Below are positions 1-9,446 of a stretch of DNA of 10,767 bases, piece after piece. Within the stretch, counting starts at the first letter, position 1. Each line of letters begins with the position of its first letter. The DNA is from Fibrobacterales bacterium. GTDB lineage: Bacteria > Fibrobacterota > Fibrobacteria > Fibrobacterales > JAOPTW01. The stretch is taken from NCBI GenBank assembly GCA_051532055.1, contig JAOPTX010000108.1:1-10767 (forward strand), read 5' to 3'. Made by a program: the position numbers and the translations under genes. Below the pieces are notes generated by a model that saw only the letters and a program-made list of their open reading frames with translations, was not told where the DNA came from and ran no database searches.

Positions 1-108
1 AGCAAAAAAAAATCTTTTTTGTGCTTTTCTTCAAAATCTTCTCCCACAACAAACCAAAATAACCATAAAAGATCATCCCATAGCCACTTTTTTGCTAGTT
101 CAAGGAAT

Positions 109-984
109 TTAACTTTGTTTTGTATTGTGCTTTTTTAGGTAACTCGATGACATTTCTGAATATTTTTCTCTCAGTAAACGTGTAATTAGTCCATTTGTAC
201 CGAAATTATACTTATCAATTGAGCTAATAGGCACCACCCCCCGAATAGAACTAGTAAGAAATGATTCTTCAGCCTGCTCAAGGAACGCTGGATGGATGTG
301 TTTTTCTGATATAGGAATATTAAGTTCCTTTGCGGCCTTTAAGATTTTCTGCCTTGTGATACCAGGCAATATATCTGCATCAAGAGGTGGTGTAAAGAGA
401 ACTCCATCTGAGACACAAAAAAATGATGACGTCGTCATTTCAGCAATCTCACCCTTCTCACTCAGAAAAATCCCTTCATAAGCGCCCTTTTTATCAGCCT
501 CATGCTTCGCCATAATATTCGCTAAATAATTTGTTGTTTTAATATGTCCATCAATACCGGACGCAGATGAGCGCTTTACAGACGTTATTGCCACAGCAAC
601 CCCATCAGTATAGAGTGATTCATTGAGCCATGTAATGGGTGACGCCGTCACTATTACTGTTGGGCAAATTGCCGGATCGATACTAAGCCCCGGTGATACC
701 CCTCGAGTGATCGTAATGCGAACCGCCGCCTCTGATAATTGACTTTTTTCACAGAGTTGCTCTATTATATATTTAAAAAAAGATTCATCATAAGGAAGAT
801 CAATCAATAGTTTTTTGGCCGATGACGCTAGGCGATTCCAGTGGTCAGAAAAAAATTCAGGCACTCCATCTATCGCTTTTACCGTTTCAAATAAACCATC
901 GCCAAGAATTAAACCACGATCAAAAATTGAAACGGTCGCTTTACTTGACTCTACTATTTCACCATTTACAAATGCATAATTCAT
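109..984 (-). CDS. pabC: Aminotransferase class IV (fold-type IV PLP) protein, probable 4-amino-4-deoxychorismate lyase
   Basis: Motifs DRGLILGDGLFET, HWNRL, VRITITRG, HIKTTNY (PLP lysine), EMTTSSFF, ILPGITR and EESFLTSS. Lies downstream of a PabB-like gene on the same strand. Start placed at ATG 984 (MNYAFVNG) rather than ORF-track 1002. A branched-chain or D-amino-acid transaminase function cannot be excluded. Confidence 0.75.
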   Translation of the reverse strand: MNYAFVNGEIVESSKATVSIFDRGLILGDGLFETVKAIDGVPEFFSDHWNRLASSAKKLLIDLPYDESFFKYIIEQLCEKSQLSEAAVRITITRGVSPGLSIDPAICPTVIVTASPITWLNESLYTDGVAVAITSVKRSSASGIDGHIKTTNYLANIMAKHEADKKGAYEGIFLSEKGEIAEMTTSSFFCVSDGVLFTPPLDADILPGITRQKILKAAKELNIPISEKHIHPAFLEQAEESFLTSSIRGVVPISSIDKYNFGTNGLITRLLREKYSEMSSSYLKKHNTKQS

Positions 985-1262
985 AATAATAAATGGTAAC
1001 AAACAAAAAGTCTATCTGCAAACAATTTGCACACTCTCCCCAATATTTATCCCAAGAATTTTTGTACCAAAACACATGCTATATCGATTATTTAATTGAG
1101 TATCTTCCTATCAATCTCTCAAAAGCCCGAACACTCTTTCTAAACAATATTCAAAAGATGAACCAATTACACTGCACCCACAAAGAAAAGTCGAGCCGAG
1201 AAGAACCTACAAATTAAGGTTCGCTAACCCACCTCATGCATATTTTCGTGGGGCAACGTAGT

Positions 1263-2570
1263 CTACCTCTGCCGAGTGAGCATTTTCATCCAAGAAGCCG
1301 CTTTGTGCATCGTCTCTTCGTACTCTTTTTCGGGAATACTGTCAGAAACTATCCCTGCCCCGAAATGCATCTCACCCCTATCATTTTCAACAAGAAGTGT
1401 TCGAATCAAAATATTCGTTTCAGCCCCGCCATTATTATCAAAAAAACCAAGGGAGCCGGTGTAAAATTTTCGATCAGCATTTTCAAGTGCATCAATTATT
1501 TCAATTGAACGAATTTTGGGGGCACCAGTTATAGTGCCTCCTGGAAAGAGATGTTGTAACATTTCTGCCGCTGAGACTTCTGGCTTTGCAATACCAGTAA
1601 CCGTCGAAACTATGTGCATCACATCTTTATAGAGTTCGCAATCCATAAACTTTTCAACAATTACAGAACCTATTTCGCAAAACCGGCCAAGATCATTGCG
1701 CTCGAGATCAACGAGCATTAGGTGCTCTGCTTTCTCTTTTTCGGATATGAAAAGTTCCTTTTTAAGAGCCTCCTCATCCTCAGCATTTTCACCCCTTCTC
1801 CGAGTACCCGCGATTGGTTTTGTAGTAACCTTTCGCCCTGACACACCGTACAATAATTCAGGTGAATTACTCACCACCGTAAACTCAGGAGTAAAATAAT
1901 AAGAGCTATAAGGTGAAGGGTTTTGCGACCTTATTTTGCTAAAAAGATCAAGGGGGGACCCTGTAAAATCAAACTGGATTGGGTGCGCGAGATTTGCCTG
2001 AAAAACATCACCTGCATGAATATATTCAACAGTCTCTTCTACATATTTTTCATACAATTTCTTACCGGCTGATTGTTTAAAATTATCGGCAGACCACCCA
2101 TGGTCACTCTCATAGGGTACTGTCCACAATTCTTCAAAATCACCATAATTTACAATTGCATCATTAACCGTTGAGCAATAAAAGGTCTCTTCTGTGTGAT
2201 CATAAATAAAGATGCAGTCATACAGGCCAATATGATAATCTGGCGTTGAAGTAAGGTACTCCTTTTTCCTTGGATATGACTCAAATTCAGCGCAAAGGTT
2301 ATAGCCTATAAGGCCTACAACACCCGATTCAAACGCGTACTTTTGGTTATAACTCATATTTTTTTGTGTAAGAAGGCCATCTATTTTTTCATAAATTTTT
2401 CGATCACTATCATTGGCTTTACCTTCAATAATTTTCGAAGGGTTAAAGCCAAAGTAAGTTACCCCAGCCCCACCCCAATTATCAAAATAGAACCCATTCT
2501 TTTCACTCTGACTCATTCGCTGAAAGAGTTTCCATGGGTCATTTATTGGTGGGCATATTGTATGAAGCAT
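1263..2570 (-). CDS. pabB: Aminodeoxychorismate synthase component I (anthranilate synthase component I / MST family)
   Basis: Motifs GDVFQANL, NPSPY, SPEL, PIAGTRRRG, AEHLMLVDLERNDLGR, VMHIVS, FPGGTITGAPK, YTGSLG, NILIRT and GAGIV. FPGGTITG and the neighbouring class IV PLP gene favour PabB over TrpE. Confidence 0.8.
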   Translation of the reverse strand: MLHTICPPINDPWKLFQRMSQSEKNGFYFDNWGGAGVTYFGFNPSKIIEGKANDSDRKIYEKIDGLLTQKNMSYNQKYAFESGVVGLIGYNLCAEFESYPRKKEYLTSTPDYHIGLYDCIFIYDHTEETFYCSTVNDAIVNYGDFEELWTVPYESDHGWSADNFKQSAGKKLYEKYVEETVEYIHAGDVFQANLAHPIQFDFTGSPLDLFSKIRSQNPSPYSSYYFTPEFTVVSNSPELLYGVSGRKVTTKPIAGTRRRGENAEDEEALKKELFISEKEKAEHLMLVDLERNDLGRFCEIGSVIVEKFMDCELYKDVMHIVSTVTGIAKPEVSAAEMLQHLFPGGTITGAPKIRSIEIIDALENADRKFYTGSLGFFDNNGGAETNILIRTLLVENDRGEMHFGAGIVSDSIPEKEYEETMHKAASWMKMLTRQR

Positions 2571-2609
2571 ACCTAAAAGGTAGAAAAATTTTAATGAATT
2601 TTGCTGAGC

Positions 2610-5600
2610 CTATTTACGCGAATTCCTAAGAGGATGCACATTAGAATTGTCTACTGAGGGGTCTTTAGGTATATCTATATGAAACCCAAATTCGAGGCGG
2701 GTCGGCTGAAAAGATGACGCAAGGCCAATATCGATAGTCGAAAGGACTGAACCATCAGGTAAAAGAGGGTCGAGCGCTTTAGAATAGCGAGCATAAAGCT
2801 GAAAGGGGTAGTGATAGAAAAGCTTTTGTGTAAAGCGAAAGGCAAAGCCCCATGAACGATAAAAGTCCCTGTATTCGCCCTCTGTGAGATAATTATAATA
2901 TTTACCATCCCACGCCTGTCCTGTTTGAAAAAAAGCATCCACATACAGGTCTTTTAAATGGACCACCCAAAAGCTTTTGTGAATATTTTTAATGAGCGCC
3001 CATTGGTGCTCTATAGAAAAGAAGAGTGTATTTTCTCCGAGAATCGTAAGGTCCTCTTCGGTAGTATAGGGGTAGCCACTTATTGAGACCCCTTGTTTGT
3101 AAAAGTTGTCGAGACCAATAGTGGTGTCGCTATCAGGTTTTTTAAATTGCCAGTCCAACAATGCACTCGTTGATACCGTAGCCACAAACCGAGAATCACC
3201 TAAAAAGGGATTTGGGAGCGAGATAAATCCATTAACTCCTGTTTCCATCAATTGATAATTACTCATTTTTTGCTGCTTTACGTTGCTCTCAGAAACAGTA
3301 AATGAGTTACTAAAATCACCACCTGGCCTAAAGAGTTCTGAGTCGGTATAACTAACCCCACCACTCAAACCAATTCCTGAAGCCGCGAGACCTTCAGCAT
3401 CAGAACTCGGTGCCGAAGCCATGTAACCTGCTTGCAAAGAGTAGACCCATTGATTATTAAACTCCCAAATACCACCTGCGTCATTATAAAAATTGAACGT
3501 CGACCACGAATAGCCACTTCCCAGCTGAACAAAATCACCTTCTTTAAAGAGAGAGTATCGCGCTGAGCTCGTGAAAGCATTTTGCTTTACCGCATAAGGA
3601 GAACGATTAAATTGAGTGAAACCACCGCCAGCATCTACGGTTACTGTGTCGATATACTCCCGATTACTTTGCATTGCTGCGAGATCGAGGGTTATAGGAA
3701 ATGAACGATTTGTCCACTGAATCATCATGTCTGCATTCACTTCTGGGTTAATCCCATAATCTAAGCTTATAGGGTTTGCAAATTTATCCACCTGCATAAA
3801 GAGTAGGGCCATAAACTCGTTTTTCCCTAAGGGATCATTTATTAAGGCACTCAACCCTAATTTATGGACACGCTCAGTTTTACTCGCATCAATATTCTTC
3901 GGTGACTCCTCATAAAAATAGAGTGGGGAAATAATAGTTCTACGAGGTAGAGACGAGTACTCAAACTGCTTGGACTTAAAGCTTTTAGGGATCACATCCT
4001 TCTTAATTTCATTATTCGACACCTCAAGTTCCGATAACAAAGACTCACTTACATCAAACATACGATCCGACAAAGGCATAGCATGAAGAGAGAAACCATT
4101 TATGTCATACTGGGTATAAAATAGGTCTTGAGTTTTATGATTTATTGTTGGCGTAAACGCACCCCCAAGCACATTCGTCAGTTTTATATACTTTTTACTG
4201 TGGATATCATAGGTATACAAATTAAAAATGGTAGGACTTTCTTTACGGCCCACTAAAGTATTTGCACTGACAACCAGAGTAGAATCATTAAGCCACAGAG
4301 GGTCGCGCACATCTAACGCAGGAATGTTTACATTTGCAATCTGAACGCCTTCCTTGTCTATTACTATCACAGAACGCCTTTCACCATTATATATCCCTAA
4401 AACAATTTTTGTTCCATCGGGTGAATATTGAGGAGTGTAGAGATTATGGCCACCACGTATTTGCCCCTCTAAACGAGAACTATCTTGAAATGAGAAAATG
4501 ACCCTGGGCTCATCTATAGGCCTAAACTGGTCATCAAGCTTAAGAGACTTTAAGGAAAAAGAGGTTGATGCAAGATCTCTCGCAACATAAAGCAAGCTCG
4601 AACCATCGGTAGCAAACATTGGATTAATGGCATTTTGAAGCCAAGTAACTTCAGTATCACCCTTATCTTCACACTTCTGAGAACCCTGACATGTTATACG
4701 GATATCAAAATAACGTACACCATCACGATCACGATTCTTTGCACTCACATAGGCAATATAATCAATCGTATCTTTACTATATACGGAGAAACCTTTACTC
4801 CAAACAGGGTCTTCAACTGGCATCAATAGCTCTTTGTCTTTGAGTACCGATTCAAAATCACGTTCTACCACACCCTCTTTTAATGAATCCTGAGGTACAT
4901 AGAGTAGTGTACCTCTAAATGAAGTTTCACTCTCGCCCGCAACAACATAGAGGTCACCATTAAGGGTTACCTGTGGATGATCATAATATATTCTATCTGT
5001 GGTATATGCCTCTCCTTCAACCTCTTCTCCAATAAGATCGGACTGTAGTTGTGCCCGCCTTAATTCAAAGTCGAGCCAATCGCTATAGAGTTTCTCTTGA
5101 TTGACCCCGAGAACCTTTTGCAGTGTCGCGGAAAAAGTCGCCCGGTACCAAGTACCATTTTCTTCCCACAACTTTGGGATAGATGCATCGCCATAGCGAT
5201 GGGCTATATATCTTACTAGTGAAAACCCTTGGGTATAGGGCCCTTGCTCCACCTCCAAGCCATGAGTGGTAAAACTATTCATTTTTTCTATGGGAAGTAC
5301 TTTTTTATTCAGAGAGGCAACACGCATGATCATATCTCGATGAGAATCCCACGAATCAAAACCCATCCGTTCAGACTCATATTGCGCAGTTCCTTCTGCA
5401 AACCAATGCGGTTGGAGAAAATTAGGGAGTACCATGCTAAAGTTTTTCTGAACTCTATTATCATAATAGTCCGTAGAAAGTAGATGCGCAGTATACATAA
5501 AGGGTACCGTTTTAACACCTGATTGTATAGAAATAATATGCGCAAACTCGTGCGTTACAACGTCAGCGAGCCAATTATGTGTTGATCTTAATTTAATCCC

Positions 5601-5909
5601 CCAGTCCGTTAACCATATATTAATGTGTGATTGTAAAAAATTTGCACTTCCATTTGAGTACAATGCGTTATTAAGAGTAAAGTCCATGTGACTAGGGTCA
5701 TAAGAAGGATATCGTATAGATATTGAGTCATACATTTCTTCCGCTATACCTGCAGCCTGTTCCGCATAATCTACTAGATACGCTTCATAATGAAAGTCAA
5801 AATGATCCGTTCTCGATGAACGCCACTTTTTATGAGACTCATTTCCAAAAAATGGTAATGCATAACTCATCGAGATAAGAACAGAGAGAAGTGTAATATA
5901 TTTAATCAT
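2610..5909 (-). CDS. Large exported/outer-membrane protein: signal peptide + gluzincin (peptidase MA-like) domain + TolB/WD40-like beta-propeller + probable Omp85-like C-terminal beta-barrel
   Basis: Hydrophobic signal peptide from ATG 5909 (MIKYITLLSVLISMSYA). HEFAH (5538-5552) is followed by WFAEGTAQY. PD40-like repeats include NPMFATDGSSLLY and TPQYSPDGTKIV. The C-terminal region has alternating aromatic beta-strands (YVDAFFQTGQAW, YRSWGFAFRF, RLEFGFHI). Confidence 0.7.
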   Translation of the reverse strand: MIKYITLLSVLISMSYALPFFGNESHKKWRSSRTDHFDFHYEAYLVDYAEQAAGIAEEMYDSISIRYPSYDPSHMDFTLNNALYSNGSANFLQSHINIWLTDWGIKLRSTHNWLADVVTHEFAHIISIQSGVKTVPFMYTAHLLSTDYYDNRVQKNFSMVLPNFLQPHWFAEGTAQYESERMGFDSWDSHRDMIMRVASLNKKVLPIEKMNSFTTHGLEVEQGPYTQGFSLVRYIAHRYGDASIPKLWEENGTWYRATFSATLQKVLGVNQEKLYSDWLDFELRRAQLQSDLIGEEVEGEAYTTDRIYYDHPQVTLNGDLYVVAGESETSFRGTLLYVPQDSLKEGVVERDFESVLKDKELLMPVEDPVWSKGFSVYSKDTIDYIAYVSAKNRDRDGVRYFDIRITCQGSQKCEDKGDTEVTWLQNAINPMFATDGSSLLYVARDLASTSFSLKSLKLDDQFRPIDEPRVIFSFQDSSRLEGQIRGGHNLYTPQYSPDGTKIVLGIYNGERRSVIVIDKEGVQIANVNIPALDVRDPLWLNDSTLVVSANTLVGRKESPTIFNLYTYDIHSKKYIKLTNVLGGAFTPTINHKTQDLFYTQYDINGFSLHAMPLSDRMFDVSESLLSELEVSNNEIKKDVIPKSFKSKQFEYSSLPRRTIISPLYFYEESPKNIDASKTERVHKLGLSALINDPLGKNEFMALLFMQVDKFANPISLDYGINPEVNADMMIQWTNRSFPITLDLAAMQSNREYIDTVTVDAGGGFTQFNRSPYAVKQNAFTSSARYSLFKEGDFVQLGSGYSWSTFNFYNDAGGIWEFNNQWVYSLQAGYMASAPSSDAEGLAASGIGLSGGVSYTDSELFRPGGDFSNSFTVSESNVKQQKMSNYQLMETGVNGFISLPNPFLGDSRFVATVSTSALLDWQFKKPDSDTTIGLDNFYKQGVSISGYPYTTEEDLTILGENTLFFSIEHQWALIKNIHKSFWVVHLKDLYVDAFFQTGQAWDGKYYNYLTEGEYRDFYRSWGFAFRFTQKLFYHYPFQLYARYSKALDPLLPDGSVLSTIDIGLASSFQPTRLEFGFHIDIPKDPSVDNSNVHPLRNSRK

Positions 5910-6102
5910 ATTGAGTAAAATAGAAAAATCAGGCTTTAAGAGGAGGAATAAACAACGCACCAATCCCTCCCTACACTGCCCTTTGCCCATGAGAGATACA
6001 TCCATTATTTAGAAAGGTACATCTGAAGAGCCTTCTAATGAAAGCAACTAAGTAACAGCAAAATAAATGACTATATTATTACCATACATTTTATGAGGTA
6101 CC

Positions 6103-7137
6103 ATGTTTAAGCTTTTTATCGCCCCCAATAACCCGTCTCTCTTTTATTCTGGTCGGTTTGATTTGTCCGACCCCAACAAAGCTATACATTCATGGCCAGG
6201 AAGTTCAGTATTTGTACGATTTTATGGAGAGAATGTATCCGCACTACTAAAAAGTTATTGCACTAAGGGCGATAGGCCGACAGGTAACTATTATGACGTA
6301 ATCGTTGATGGCCAAGTTGTAAATACTATACAATCATCGGTTCACAAAAAAAAGATTTCCCTCGCAGAAGGGCTCACTACCTCCGAACACACCTTGGAAC
6401 TCTATCGACGCACAGAATCTTTTTCTGGCTCTACTGATTTTTTAGGATTTTTCCTCTCTTCAAACGAACGTCAACCAGAAACTTTACCACATCCTAAACC
6501 ACAACGAGGCATTGAATTCTATGGTGATTCAATAACTTGCGGCTATGGCAATGAAGGCTCTGGCACATCCTACTCAGCAAAACACTCTAATAATAATATG
6601 GCCTATCCTGCAATTACCTGCCGATTACTCAATGCTGACTATCGGGCAATTGCATTTTCTGGAGAAGGAGTTTTTAGGCGTCACGACGGTTCTACTCAAT
6701 CATCATTACCAAAAATGTATCACAAAACTTATTATCACTCTGATACACACTGGGACTTTAACCACTGGAAACCAAACTGCGTCTGCATTAATCTCGGTAC
6801 TAACGATTTCATTGCAGGAGTTTCAAACAATAAGGAATTTATTGATCACTATATTGAATTTGTAGAAAAAATAATCGGTCATTACCCTTCCACTCCTATT
6901 ATACTAGTCTTTGGTCCTGATTACACCAAATATGACAATAGCGGACAACGAGAATCGGTACAAGAAGTAGTATCGCATTTTCAACAACAACAGCTTCCAC
7001 TCTACTTTTTTGAATTCACAACCTTAATTGATGGACTTACCGGTATTTTTGACCACCCCAATAATAAACAACATGCGAAAGCAGCTGAAGAACTCAGCAC
7101 TTACATTGCAGAAACACTTAATTGGACTCAATCTTAA
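6103..7137 (+). CDS. SGNH/GDSL hydrolase, carbohydrate esterase family 2-like (acetylxylan esterase-like)
   Basis: N-terminal CE2 jelly-roll-type segment (YSGRF...SWPGS...YDVIVDG...HTLELYRRTE), block I IEFYGDSITCGYG, AFSGEG, block III INLGTND and C-terminal HP. GAGG lies just upstream of the ATG. Confidence 0.85.
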   Translation: MFKLFIAPNNPSLFYSGRFDLSDPNKAIHSWPGSSVFVRFYGENVSALLKSYCTKGDRPTGNYYDVIVDGQVVNTIQSSVHKKKISLAEGLTTSEHTLELYRRTESFSGSTDFLGFFLSSNERQPETLPHPKPQRGIEFYGDSITCGYGNEGSGTSYSAKHSNNNMAYPAITCRLLNADYRAIAFSGEGVFRRHDGSTQSSLPKMYHKTYYHSDTHWDFNHWKPNCVCINLGTNDFIAGVSNNKEFIDHYIEFVEKIIGHYPSTPIILVFGPDYTKYDNSGQRESVQEVVSHFQQQQLPLYFFEFTTLIDGLTGIFDHPNNKQHAKAAEELSTYIAETLNWTQS

Positions 7138-7171
7138 ACCCTCTGACCCATTCTTCTAGCAGTAAAAGCAT

Positions 7172-7903
7172 ATGAAAAATACTCTTTTAATCATTTATAG
7201 CCACATTGAAACGACACTTCAATTAAACTCTGACCCCGAAGACAAAGAACAATTTGAACGGTATCTTAAAAATGTTGTTACCTGCCTGGGAGTACGATCT
7301 CCTGCCATAGAGATCCTATTTAAACAGGAATACCTTGCTAAAGTTAAACCCCTTGCGTTCAATGATCAACTATCTTTAGGGTGCGCCCTAGTAAAAAGTG
7401 ATTACTTTGAGATGAAGAAGTTTGGCATTCTTTTATTACACAAAAATATCAAACATATATCAATTTCAGATCTGAGCCTCTTCTCTAAACTTTTTGCAAA
7501 GCACATTTATGATTGGGCTACTTGTGACACATTCTCTAGTAAAGTATTAACACGACTTATAAAAAAAGACAACACCTTTGCCCTCCCTATTGCTCAATGG
7601 AAAAATTCTTCACATTTATGGCAACAACGTGCAGCATGTATATCATTTGTCGGTCTGGGACGCCATGGAAACCACAATGAGATGATACTTTCGATTTGCA
7701 CCCAAGTGATTAAAAATAGTGAACGTTTTGCCCAATTGGGTGTTGGCTGGGTGATAAGGGAGCTATCAGTTGCCAACATAGAACTCGCACTTACCTTTAT
7801 TCAAAGTCATTACTCCCAATTTTCAAGAGAAGGTTTACGGTACGCAATTGAAAAACTAGAGCCTACTCTACGAAAAAACATTCTTAAGGGAATATTTAAA
7901 TAA
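7172..7903 (+). CDS. DNA alkylation repair protein (AlkD-like HEAT-repeat family)
   Basis: Motifs YLK...LGVRSP, DWATCD, W...HLWQQRAA, ERFAQLGVGWVIRE and SREGLRYAIEKL are typical of the DNA_alkylation/AlkD-like family. Confidence 0.85.
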   Translation: MKNTLLIIYSHIETTLQLNSDPEDKEQFERYLKNVVTCLGVRSPAIEILFKQEYLAKVKPLAFNDQLSLGCALVKSDYFEMKKFGILLLHKNIKHISISDLSLFSKLFAKHIYDWATCDTFSSKVLTRLIKKDNTFALPIAQWKNSSHLWQQRAACISFVGLGRHGNHNEMILSICTQVIKNSERFAQLGVGWVIRELSVANIELALTFIQSHYSQFSREGLRYAIEKLEPTLRKNILKGIFK

Positions 7904-7905
7904 CA

Positions 7906-9237
7906 TCACAATGTAATTTTCGCAACATCAAGTGGTGACTTAATTCCGCCTTGAGAAGAGTAAAGTACATGGGTATAAATCTGGGTTGTTCTAATATCTT
8001 TGTGACCAAGTAATTCTTGTATCGTGCGAATATCATATCCCGCTTCTAACATATGAGTCGCAAAACTATGTCGAAAAGTGTGAATAGAAACTTTTTTATC
8101 AATGTCTATTTTCTTAACTGTAGCTGCAAGCTTTTTTTGAATAGTCGTTTCATGTATATACGCACGATAGGGAAAATCAATTTGATTATGAATCTTTATT
8201 TCATCAGATGGGAACATCCACTGCCACTTAAATTCATACGAGGCACCTTTAAATTTTCTAGCAAGGGCTTGAGGGAGCACGGTCCGCCCATAACCACGCG
8301 ACACATCGCCATCATGCACATCTCGCAGCTTATTAATATGCTTTTTTAATGGCTCTCGTATTGCATCAGCAAGAACTGTATGACGATCTTTGTCACCTTT
8401 ACCTGAACGCACTATGATAAAATTGTTTTTAAAATCGATATCTTTGATCCTCAGTTTTTGGCACTCGTTCAATCGTAAACCAGCACTATACAGCAACATC
8501 AAAAACAACTTTTTCTCTCCACTAAATTCCTCAATAATCAAAAAAACCTCATCACGGCTGAGAACCGTGGGAATTTTTCTATTCACTTTAGCCCGTACGA
8601 CTGACTCTAATCCATGCATTTCCATACCCAACACATTCCTAAAAAGGAAAAGAAGGGATGCGTACGCCTGGTTTTGTGTCGATGCCGCCACACTTTTTTC
8701 AGAAGCAAGATAACTTAAATAATTCCGCACATCCATCATTTCAACATCGAACGGAGATGCTAATTTACACCAATACATAAATCGCCGAATCCATGAGACA
8801 TATACTTTTTCAGTTTTATATGACATATGCCGAAGATGAATCGTTCGGACAACTTCATGAATGGCCTCTTCCCAATTCATCTCTTTTAAACGTGCACCAT
8901 CAAAATCACCACCCATGATAAGGCTTGCATTCGTTACCAAGGATGTTCGCTCGATCATTTTGTCATCATTCAATTGCTCACTATGATTTTGTATTATAAA
9001 ACGTAAAATATTATATACAGCCTTTAAAACATCACTAGGTAACCTTTTTTTCTCCTTCAAGAAAATGATGTAATCTTTAACAGAGTCCTCATCATGTCCA
9101 TCAATCCCTCTTTTTATTCCATAGTCCAAATAGTATCGAATCCATTTTGAATCATTAGAATCATAATTCACTAACACTCCATGACGAACCAAAGATTGTT
9201 TGAAAATGGTTAAAAATGCCTTATTTATATTAATCAT
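7906..9237 (-). CDS. intI: Integron integrase (tyrosine recombinase), long form with N-terminal extension
   Basis: SAM-like domain ([15 protein letters not shown]...VAASTQNQA), [10 protein letters not shown] and catalytic motifs [39 protein letters not shown] and TTQIYTH. Carries the IntI-specific insertion LPQALARKF...WQWMFPS. A strong SD (minus strand AGAAGGGAGG) supports ATG 9237, giving 443 aa. Adjacent to an attC array. Confidence 0.96.
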   Translation of the reverse strand: MININKAFLTIFKQSLVRHGVLVNYDSNDSKWIRYYLDYGIKRGIDGHDEDSVKDYIIFLKEKKRLPSDVLKAVYNILRFIIQNHSEQLNDDKMIERTSLVTNASLIMGGDFDGARLKEMNWEEAIHEVVRTIHLRHMSYKTEKVYVSWIRRFMYWCKLASPFDVEMMDVRNYLSYLASEKSVAASTQNQAYASLLFLFRNVLGMEMHGLESVVRAKVNRKIPTVLSRDEVFLIIEEFSGEKKLFLMLLYSAGLRLNECQKLRIKDIDFKNNFIIVRSGKGDKDRHTVLADAIREPLKKHINKLRDVHDGDVSRGYGRTVLPQALARKFKGASYEFKWQWMFPSDEIKIHNQIDFPYRAYIHETTIQKKLAATVKKIDIDKKVSIHTFRHSFATHMLEAGYDIRTIQELLGHKDIRTTQIYTHVLYSSQGGIKSPLDVAKITL

Positions 9238-9446
9238 GTTAATATCCTCCCTTCTATATAACAAGCGCAAATAATATCTCCATCATGCAACCGAGGTATT
9301 CTAGTTGGTTTATTAGCCTGTTTTCCACACTTCTATCTGTATAGGGTTTTTGTATTACTGTTTTTTGATACAAGTTAGACGACAATGACAGGGGAAATGT
9401 TACATAGGGTTGGCAATTTTTATATTTTCTGCATATTAAAGGATTC

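Noticed and set aside
1..30. A-tract/T-tract inverted repeat as the pabC terminator
   Set aside because: The stem is nearly all A-T, imperfect and cut by the window edge; it cannot be supported.
993..1217. 74-aa + strand ORF in the pabB-pabC gap
   Set aside because: No SD, no recognisable motif, and antisense to the surrounding gene cluster; probably spurious.
5910..6005. 32-aa N-terminal extension of the large ORF
   Set aside because: A typical signal peptide begins at ATG 5909; the upstream part is probably divergent promoter DNA.
7898..7904. AAATAAC after the alkD-like stop as an attC R'' site (alkD as a cassette)
   Set aside because: No L boxes, hairpin or R' site follow; the intI coding sequence begins immediately.
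296..8713. Short antisense or out-of-frame ORFs (296, 1236, 1276, 1696, 2343, 2675, 3365, 4635, 5229, 5330, 6545, 7594, 8053, 8390)
   Set aside because: All overlap well-supported longer genes and show no protein-family features.
9238..9270. ORF-track start of intI at 9270
   Set aside because: It is a TTG without an SD; the strong GGGAGG lies inside this stretch, in front of ATG 9237.
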